Virus record (IMG/VR): IMGVR_UViG_3300025587_000227
Span: 1-25,282 of that record
Direction: 5' to 3' (one strand)
Length of the DNA stretch: 25,282 nt
Source: a virus
Shown here: positions 18,412-24,052 of the stretch, one piece after another
How the letters are laid out: every line of letters begins with the position of its first letter
Position numbering within the stretch: the first letter of the stretch is position 1
Notes under the pieces: model-generated
Told to the model about the DNA's origin: nothing
The model's database searches: none
The model's input: the letters and a program-made list of their open reading frames with translations, nothing else
Made by a program: the position numbers and the translations under genes

Positions 18412-18557
18412 TTTTGCGTCCCCTGGATTCAAAATAGATTCATAATGGAGTCATCCACGGATGCATTACAGTAAGAGGGGGGGTTGTAAAGGAGGTGAAA
18501 ATAGGAGGTTAAGACATGATTTTTCATCCCCACTCTTTTCCCTGTGCATCAGGATGG

Positions 18558-18788
18558 TTATGGAGGGTGGAGTATCATGTAAGTTGCAATAGGGATCAAG
18601 ATTGTCGTCATGAAAAATAGTAGTAGCTTAAGATATGTTTTGAGGACTGCTATGTCCTCCTGTATAGTAGATATGCGCTTCAGGAAGTCTTTGTATTCAT
18701 ATAATTCATTTTCTATTAGTTTTATTCTTTCCTGGAGTATTGTGATTTCTTTTTCTTTGTCACATTTGTATGTCTCCTTTATCATCAT
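18558..18788 (-). CDS. Coiled-coil plus C-terminal TM protein (XhlA/holin-like)
   Basis: Heptad-rich N-terminus then LLLFFMTTILIPIATYMIL; poly-G RBS. Confidence 0.6.
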   Translation of the reverse strand: MMIKETYKCDKEKEITILQERIKLIENELYEYKDFLKRISTIQEDIAVLKTYLKLLLFFMTTILIPIATYMILHPP

Positions 18789-18804
18789 CCCCCCATCTTA
18801 GGGA

Positions 18805-18951
18805 TCATCCCCCCCTCTTGTGGGTTAGGTACCCTGCAATTGCGCCGAGTGCTACTGATGCTATTTCAGTCATGTTTTTTGTCATGGCTGTTATTGTGAT
18901 GATTGTGAGGCATATGATCCCTATTGTTTCCACTCCCAGGTTGTCTTTCAT
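18805..18951 (-). CDS. 48-aa two-TM protein, holin-like (MKDNLGVETIGIICLTIITITAMTKNMTEIASVALGAIAGYLTHKRGG); not in the ORF track
   Basis: RBS AGGGGGA, two hydrophobic segments, basic C-terminus; first gene of the late minus-strand block. Confidence 0.7.
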   Translation of the reverse strand: MKDNLGVETIGIICLTIITITAMTKNMTEIASVALGAIAGYLTHKRGG

Positions 18952-18961
18952 AGTATCCCCC

Positions 18962-18979
18962 TTTCAATAATTATTGTAA
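18962..18979. promoter_or_regulatory. Palindrome TT-T-CAATAATTATTG-T-AA, candidate operator before the late block
   Basis: Perfect 12-bp palindrome at 18965-18976 with extra paired flanks, in the divergent intergenic region. Confidence 0.4.
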
Positions 18980-19056
18980 CATAGTCATGATGTATGTAAT
19001 AGTTCATGGAGATTATTGCAAAAGTAATATGGTCTCTGCAGTTGTGATGTTTCATT

Positions 19057-19440
19057 ATGGATGCAACATTTAATGCATCTGATATGAAAGAGTGGAGAAT
19101 GGCGCAGTACTACTTCTTCATTGAACTCGTCAAGCATGATCTCCATCTCTCCAGGACAGATGTTATGGAGGTGATGGAAATAGTGCGGCGAGTTGGCCTG
19201 AAAGAGTTGCATCGGAATGCCAGTATGGAACAGATAATCCTCTCATTATGCTTGTATGTGAAAGAAAAAAATGGGGTGAAAATCCCAATCGAGAGGTACA
19301 AGCTGATGAATGAGTATAATGTAACCTACAAGTTGTACAGTCGTGTCCTCTTGAACCTCCTACGGTTCCAGGTGAGGAGGATGCCACTTGTGAGAGTGGT
19401 GAAATGGACAGAGAATACAACATATTCAAGTGCAAAATAG
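19057..19440 (+). CDS. Single cyclin-fold repeat resembling the TFB/TFIIB core
   Basis: LHLSRTDVMEVMEI...KELHRNASMEQIILSLCLY aligns by eye with the TFB repeat pattern L.LP...EEA..L...K.L.RGRS.E.V.AA.VY. Confidence 0.6.
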   Translation: MDATFNASDMKEWRMAQYYFFIELVKHDLHLSRTDVMEVMEIVRRVGLKELHRNASMEQIILSLCLYVKEKNGVKIPIERYKLMNEYNVTYKLYSRVLLNLLRFQVRRMPLVRVVKWTENTTYSSAK

Positions 19441-19619
19441 AAGATACGCTTCACATCCTCCTTGGGGCAGAGGAGGCTTGTGTGGAGTGTGGGTGCAGGT
19501 CCCTGGAGCTTGATAAGGAGTATCATTTGTTCTGCAAGGGGTGTGGTCTTGTCCTTGCAGCTGTTGATCCATATGTGGCTGGGATGAGGATTGACCTACC
19601 ATTTGGCCTGTTAATTTAA
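19404..19619 (+). CDS. TFIIB-type Zn-ribbon protein
   Basis: CVECG-x14-CKGCGLVL spacing and CGLV motif of the TFB N-terminal ribbon. Confidence 0.75.
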   Translation: MDREYNIFKCKIEDTLHILLGAEEACVECGCRSLELDKEYHLFCKGCGLVLAAVDPYVAGMRIDLPFGLLI

Positions 19620-19720
19620 CCATGTATATAGAATGATTTCAAGTGTAATGAGAAAGAGAATAATTTGACCCATGTATATATATATATATCAAAATTTTTT
19701 TTGTATATATATATATACAA
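19620..19720. repeat. AT-rich element: CCATGTATATA x2, two (TA)7 tracts, T-tract, 20-bp perfect palindrome
   Basis: CCATGTATATA at 19620 and 19670; (TA)7 at 19675-19688 and 19704-19717; TTGTATATATATATATACAA at 19701-19720. Confidence 0.85.
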
Positions 19721-19759
19721 GGGGTGAGGGGTTGTCTCCCCCAATACTCCTGAAGTTCA

Positions 19760-20269
19760 TTATTTAGATACATATACACTATTATAATACTCTATCAGAT
19801 CATCCACATTCACCCCTTTCACCCGTGCGGCCACCTGGTACACATCCTCCCCAGTGTCAAAGACCAGGTCATCCGCACTGACTAGTCCTCTCTCCTGGAC
19901 TCTTTCCATGATGAATTCACAGGCTTCATCTAACCGCATCACCTCTGCATCCACCACCTCTGTCTTTGGCGGGGAATGTAACAGTTTAATTTTCTCTTCG
20001 CACTCCTCAATCTCTACCCTCAACTCCTCCTTACGTAGTTCAAGGCCCTGAATCTTCTGGTCAATGGATCTTATCTCATCCTTTGCCCTGATTATCCTCC
20101 TCTTCAGACGGGATGTTTCTTCTATGATGTGTGCTTCTGATTCTAATGTACCCCCCTCAACGAGGACTTTATAGCCTGCCTTGATTAGGTCTGGGAGGGT
20201 TAAGCCTTTCCTCCTCGCGTCCTCGTGAAGTTTTTCATCTACTCTAACAGTTGTTAATTTCATGTTCAT
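19760..20269 (-). CDS. RHH (CopG/CcdA-like) domain plus coiled coil
   Basis: TTVRVDEKLHEDARRKGLTLPDLIKAG, followed by a long heptad segment. Confidence 0.65.
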   Translation of the reverse strand: MNMKLTTVRVDEKLHEDARRKGLTLPDLIKAGYKVLVEGGTLESEAHIIEETSRLKRRIIRAKDEIRSIDQKIQGLELRKEELRVEIEECEEKIKLLHSPPKTEVVDAEVMRLDEACEFIMERVQERGLVSADDLVFDTGEDVYQVAARVKGVNVDDLIEYYNSVYVSK

Positions 20270-20510
20270 CCCGAAGTTTGTAAGTGGTTACCTTGTGTTG
20301 GTAGGTGTTCTCTTTTTCCCCAACCCCCTTAGCTACGACACGTACCTGAAAGAGGATGGACTGGCGTGTGGGGTTGTATTTCCTACTGAACTCATACCTT
20401 TTCCCAAGGTTGCCGATGATCTCTTCAAGTGTGAGTTCAGCATCCTCATCTTCCAGGACCTTTATGATGGCTTCTCTGAGATCCTTCCTCCCTTTTATTT
20501 TCATGATCAT
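20244..20510 (-). CDS. Winged-helix DNA-binding protein
   Basis: LREAIIKVLEDEDAELTLEEII...PTRQSI...TTYKL. Confidence 0.6.
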   Translation of the reverse strand: MIMKIKGRKDLREAIIKVLEDEDAELTLEEIIGNLGKRYEFSRKYNPTRQSILFQVRVVAKGVGEKENTYQHKVTTYKLRDEHEINNC

Positions 20511-20570
20511 CCACCCGAGACCATTCTATGAGTTTCCTCCAGGCGACTAAGGATTCCCGAACATCCTTTT

Positions 20571-20852
20571 TCATGCTACATCCCTCCTTGAAGACATGAG
20601 ATCCTTTCTCCTCTTCTCCTTCTCCAGGTTCCTCATGCTCTCCTCGTTCATGGCCCTGGCCTCTATACTCATCCTCATCAATGCCTCCTCGAGGTCCACT
20701 TCCTTTAGGAGGCCATATGTGCCGATGGCCTCCCTGAAACAGTAATTCATCTGGTTGATGAGGACTTGGATGAGGACCTGCAGGTCAGCCCCCTCTCCTT
20801 GGAGGAACCTGTAGAGGTCATCATCCACTTGGATTGTCACGTCTACTTCCAC
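20571..20852 (-). CDS. Putative RHH-like protein
   Basis: VTIQVDDDLYRFL...DLQVLIQVLI; GTG start with RBS. Confidence 0.5.
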   Translation of the reverse strand: MEVDVTIQVDDDLYRFLQGEGADLQVLIQVLINQMNYCFREAIGTYGLLKEVDLEEALMRMSIEARAMNEESMRNLEKEKRRKDLMSSRRDVA

Positions 20853-21420
20853 TCCTCATCACCCCCATTTTAAATCTTTTCAGTCTCGCCCTCACACTTC
20901 CTTTACTTCTTTGAAGCTCATCAGCAATTGTACTGATGAGCTCTCCCTCCCTGTACATTCTGAGAAGTTTTTCTTCTTCATCCGGGCTCCATGGCTTCAT
21001 ATGCCTCTTCGGGGTTGTATTCGCGTAAGATCTCCTCCGTGTCCTAATATGGTATTTTCCCATGTAGGATCTGATGCTAGGTATGGTCCTGGGTTTCACA
21101 TGGGGATTCCATAGGGAGATGTACTGGAACGTTGCTGAGATTTCCTTGTATGTGAATCCCTTGCGTACGAGGCTGTGAAGGAGCTGTTTCTCCACGCGAC
21201 TCCACCTACTCCACCTACTCCTCACACGTTTGGACATGTCAGGATCATAATTTACCGCGTAGATAATGGATTGCCTTGACCTTCCCATCTCTTCCGCTAT
21301 CTCAGTATAGCTATGCCCTTCCTTGAAGAGCCTCTTGACTTTCTTTAGGAGTTCTGGTGTCCATGGGGCCCCTTGGTTTTTGGGTATGGGGGGTATCCTA
21401 TCCCCCCCCACCCATGTCAT
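20821..21420 (-). CDS. Three-repeat Myb/SANT-like HTH protein (start ATG 21420 or ATA 21396, not 21507)
   Basis: Three W(T/S)...L..L...G.(S/T)..EI...(GR)S..S(I/V) repeats. Confidence 0.75.
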   Translation of the reverse strand: MTWVGGDRIPPIPKNQGAPWTPELLKKVKRLFKEGHSYTEIAEEMGRSRQSIIYAVNYDPDMSKRVRSRWSRWSRVEKQLLHSLVRKGFTYKEISATFQYISLWNPHVKPRTIPSIRSYMGKYHIRTRRRSYANTTPKRHMKPWSPDEEEKLLRMYREGELISTIADELQRSKGSVRARLKRFKMGVMRSGSRRDNPSG

Positions 21421-21640
21421 TAATGATGGTATGGAGGACGGCCCAGCAGTGCTTGCAGAGGTAGGATCCCTCCGGCCCGTGACGATAATAATAATCAGGA
21501 CATTCACACCTGATCATATCATCATAGACTGTGACAAGGTACTCCTTGCCACTATACCCTTTCACGTGGAAAGCCTGGAGGGACTCATCTCTCTCCAAGA
21601 TCTCAACTTTCAGGTTTCTCCCTTTCCCCATTCTCATCAT
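21398..21640 (-). CDS. SWIM zinc-finger protein
   Basis: Y.V...CECPDY...CKHCWAV. Confidence 0.85.
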   Translation of the reverse strand: MMRMGKGRNLKVEILERDESLQAFHVKGYSGKEYLVTVYDDMIRCECPDYYYRHGPEGSYLCKHCWAVLHTIINDMGGGG

Positions 21641-21827
21641 AGACCCTCAAATCGTAAGTCCTATACAAGGAGTTGTGATCCAGGTAGTAGAGTATCGCGT
21701 CATTCACGATCCTGGTGATGGTGACATCCTTCCTCCCGTAGAACCTGCAAGTCTCACAGAACTCCCGGAGGAACTGATGAACGTGCTTGTTAATCCGTAT
21801 CGTTGTCTGAACATCACCCTTTACCAT
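21603..21827 (-). CDS. RHH protein
   Basis: TTIRINKHVHQFLREFC...TITRIVNDAILYYL. Confidence 0.7.
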   Translation of the reverse strand: MVKGDVQTTIRINKHVHQFLREFCETCRFYGRKDVTITRIVNDAILYYLDHNSLYRTYDLRVYDENGEREKPES

Positions 21828-22033
21828 GCATCATCCTCCTCTATTCTTTGGAGGGTCTGCACACCCCCCATGACGAGGAATTCTCTCCCTGCAACGTTAA
21901 TGAAGAATTTGTTGTTCCACACGTCCACCTCTGTTATCCTCCCTCTAAGGGGGGGATGGGAGTTTATAAATTCCACGATAACCATCTCCCCCTTGAGGTT
22001 CATCAGTCTTTTCTGGTAGGGGTTAAGCTTCAC
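21821..22033 (-). CDS. Sm/LSm/Hfq-like protein, 70 aa
   Basis: Helix then LKGEMVIVEFIN...LRGRITEVDVWNN (Sm1-like) and EFLVMGGV (Sm2-like). Confidence 0.65.
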   Translation of the reverse strand: MKLNPYQKRLMNLKGEMVIVEFINSHPPLRGRITEVDVWNNKFFINVAGREFLVMGGVQTLQRIEEDDAW

Positions 22034-22581
22034 CCCTCAACACCCCCCAGGACACCCCGTATCCTGTGGTACTCCTCCTCAGTGACGCGACCATCACTGT
22101 ATATGTCCTCAAGTTCCTGTAAAACTGTGCTAAGGTGTGTATTGCCATGCTTTGCCCTGGTGAGATCTATCAGGGCCTTGACTGTTTTATCATCGTATTC
22201 TTCACTCCTGAGTTCGGTGAGCCCAACCTGCCCACTCCCTGGCTTCTTGATCTTCACCGTGTAAACATGGTACTCAGTCCCTGTCTTGGCCTTCTTCTTC
22301 CCATGATACTGTATGAGGACACCGTACCCCTCATTGATCCTTTTGAAGTACCATATGAGGGCCTTATGACCCTTCACAAGGTACTTTTCCCTGTCCACTG
22401 TGAGGACCTCCATCACCTGCAGGTCCCCCATCTTTGTGGGGATCTTCCTGATTCCTAGGCAGACCCCTCGGAGTTCATCCCCTGGTTTCGGTTCCCAGAA
22501 TGGGATCTCCATGTCGAGGGGCTCCCATCCATCATCTTTTTTGACTTCTTGTAGCATTCTTTCCACCTCATTCATCTCCAT
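22030..22581 (-). CDS. OB-fold putative ssDNA-binding protein with SHOCT-like C-terminus, 183 aa
   Basis: WEPKPGDELRG...GYGVLIQYHGKK...YHVYTV; C-terminal LEDIYSDGRVTEEEY; start ATG 22581 after GGAGG (upstream part of the track ORF is spurious). Confidence 0.6.
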   Translation of the reverse strand: MEMNEVERMLQEVKKDDGWEPLDMEIPFWEPKPGDELRGVCLGIRKIPTKMGDLQVMEVLTVDREKYLVKGHKALIWYFKRINEGYGVLIQYHGKKKAKTGTEYHVYTVKIKKPGSGQVGLTELRSEEYDDKTVKALIDLTRAKHGNTHLSTVLQELEDIYSDGRVTEEEYHRIRGVLGGVEG

Positions 22582-22595
22582 ACCCAATTCCTCCT

Positions 22596-22757
22596 TCAGA
22601 GATTGAAAGTGTGGCGTGGAGAAGCCTCCATCACCTGTAAAAAAACAAATAAGATGAAAAATAATAGCACACACCCCATTATGAGGATGAAGCGGAGAAC
22701 TTGTGGGTCAACTTTACATGTCTCCTTCTTCTCTAACCTCATATCGAAAAGGTTCAT
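22596..22757 (-). CDS. 53-aa single-TM protein (MNLFDMRLEKKETCKVDPQVLRFILIMGCVLLFFILFVFLQVMEASPRHTFNL); not in the ORF track
   Basis: ATGA overlap with the upstream histone-fold gene; fills the gap to the next RBS; 19-residue hydrophobic stretch. Confidence 0.7.
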   Translation of the reverse strand: MNLFDMRLEKKETCKVDPQVLRFILIMGCVLLFFILFVFLQVMEASPRHTFNL

Positions 22758-23047
22758 CTGTATCCCTCCATCTGGATGTACTCACCATCTCTGTTCATGC
22801 CTCTCACCACTGCAAGGTACCCCCTCCGCACGTTCTCTTCTGTGACTCGGAGGATGCCCTCTTCTCCTTTCAGGTAGGCTTTCATCCTCGCGTCCCATGC
22901 AGCGTCCTGTATGAGACGTAGGAGGATGGCTATGGATGCCTTTTCAAGTTCATCCATGCCTTCAGGGGAAAATTCGACTTGGAAGTTTTTTATGGTGTCT
23001 TTAGCCCATTCTTTCACGGCTTCTTCTCGCATCCTGATTTTTATCAT
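22754..23047 (-). CDS. Histone-fold protein B, 97 aa
   Basis: EFSPEGMDELEKASIAILLRLIQDAAWDARMK...RVTEENVRRGY fits the histone L1-alpha2-L2-alpha3 register. Confidence 0.7.
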   Translation of the reverse strand: MIKIRMREEAVKEWAKDTIKNFQVEFSPEGMDELEKASIAILLRLIQDAAWDARMKAYLKGEEGILRVTEENVRRGYLAVVRGMNRDGEYIQMEGYR

Positions 23048-23500
23048 TTACTCCCCCTCCATGAGTATTTCCCGGATTCTGTTGTACTCTTCCACTGATT
23101 CCTCATCCGTGTATGAGAGAATGTCAAGATAGCCGAGGTAAATGTGTTCTTCGTCTATGGTGATGTCATTCTGTGTTTCCCCGAGGTCCCTTGTGAAGTC
23201 TTGTATGTGTGCTGTCTGCCCGGCGCTTTCAAGGATGTTCCAGGCCAGACTGGAGAGGTATCTTTCGAGGGCGCGGATGGCCTCGGGAGTGATTCTCGCG
23301 TTTCTCTTGTTGCGGATGCCGAGGATCTGGTCGTGGACCATCTCCTCGAGTGGGGGTTTTCTGTTAATGATTTTCACGATGACTCTGTTGAGTTCATCGT
23401 ATTCTTCCCAGGCCTTTCTTGCTTCTTCTTCTCGTCCTTCTTTTTTTAGTGCCTGGTATTTTCTCCAGGCTTTCTCTTTTTTTGAGAGGATTGGTTTCAT
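23048..23500 (-). CDS. Histone-fold protein A with charged N-terminal extension, 150 aa; first early gene
   Basis: RITPEAIRALERYLSSLAWNILESAGQTAHIQ...TIDEEHIYLGY vs HMf-type [45 protein letters not shown]. Confidence 0.72.
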   Translation of the reverse strand: MKPILSKKEKAWRKYQALKKEGREEEARKAWEEYDELNRVIVKIINRKPPLEEMVHDQILGIRNKRNARITPEAIRALERYLSSLAWNILESAGQTAHIQDFTRDLGETQNDITIDEEHIYLGYLDILSYTDEESVEEYNRIREILMEGE

Positions 23501-23504
23501 GTCT

Positions 23505-23631
23505 GATCAACTCCTTTTCCTTTAGTAGTATATTCTATCTCTTAGTATATATTTTTTTTGGTATATTGTTATTTTGGTATGTTGTTATTTGAGAGGATAA
23601 ATATATAAGATATGCACACCAAGAATAAAAC
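23505..23631. promoter_or_regulatory. Divergent promoter region (early operon vs RHH gene) with four ~16-bp-spaced T(A/G)GTAT(A/G)T boxes
   Basis: Boxes at 23526, 23543, 23559, 23575; minus-strand A-run/ATATATA near 23545-23559; plus-strand AAATATATA near 23599-23607; RBS GGAGTTGA. Confidence 0.65.
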
Positions 23632-23808
23632 ATGAAAGAAAATGAAAAAATACATACAAGCATATACATAAACTCAAGAAAGTTCAAACTCTTCAAAGTA
23701 ATAGCGATGCTCAAATATGAGAAAAGCCCAATGACCTCCTCCTGGGAGGAAGCCATCGATCTTTTCATAAAACACAACAAAGAATACTTAGAACACCTTG
23801 AAATGTAA
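23632..23808 (+). CDS. 58-aa RHH protein, candidate repressor (MKENEKIHTSIYINSRKFKLFKVIAMLKYEKSPMTSSWEEAIDLFIKHNKEYLEHLEM); not in the ORF track
   Basis: Alternating beta strand HTSIYI, helix A, helix B SWEEAIDLFI; TATA about 25 nt upstream (leaderless); divergent from the lytic genes. Confidence 0.75.
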   Translation: MKENEKIHTSIYINSRKFKLFKVIAMLKYEKSPMTSSWEEAIDLFIKHNKEYLEHLEM

Positions 23809-23819
23809 TCCATGATCAA

Positions 23820-23990
23820 AAGCCCCCCACAACTCAATGTCTGATCAACTCCAAAACAGTTAGGGGGGCACCTATATATACAGCATGAATTCTACTATAC
23901 ATTGTATCCCCCTGGGATGCACCGCCTCAGGAGGGGGTCTTGTATTTTCTTGGTGGGCGTCAAGAATATACCCCCCATCCTGAGGCTTAA
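23820..23990 (+). ncRNA. Candidate multi-target antisense RNA locus with three hairpins
   Basis: Hairpins at 23822-23869, 23903-23921 and 23925-23985, each carrying a segment complementary to a viral translation start; internal TATATATA at 23873-23880. Confidence 0.5.
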
Positions 23991-24052
23991 CTAATGATAA
24001 TAAATATAAAATTAATAAGAATAGTGAAGGAGAGCATCAGAAAACTAAAGCA

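Noticed and set aside
18985-19435. Minus-strand ORFs 18985-19212, 19110-19301, 19163-19435
   Set aside because: Overlap the TFB-like gene, which has a recognisable fold; no motifs.
20449-20574. 42-aa ATGA-coupled minus-strand ORF (MKKDVRESLVAWRKLIEW...)
   Set aside because: About half overlaps the wHTH gene and it has no motif; cannot be supported without expression data.
21381-21414. G/C hairpin at the SWIM/Myb junction
   Set aside because: Formed mostly by homopolymer runs; possible RBS occlusion but no independent support.
22582-22674. N-terminal extension of the 214-aa ORF
   Set aside because: Overlaps the 53-aa TM gene; a strong GGAGG RBS supports the start at 22581.
23535-23837. 100-aa minus-strand ORF in the track
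   Set aside because: Shadow of the + strand RHH gene; runs across the promoter region.
23971-23979. CCCCCCATC match to the XhlA-like start (18789-18797), and CATGATCA (23811) match to other starts, as further antisense targets
   Set aside because: Only 8-9 nt and dominated by RBS-like homopolymer or a short palindrome; not distinguishable from chance.
23986-24052. AT-rich stretch beside the integrase stop as an att core
   Set aside because: No second copy in the window; gene order implies att lies outside, between pei and int.
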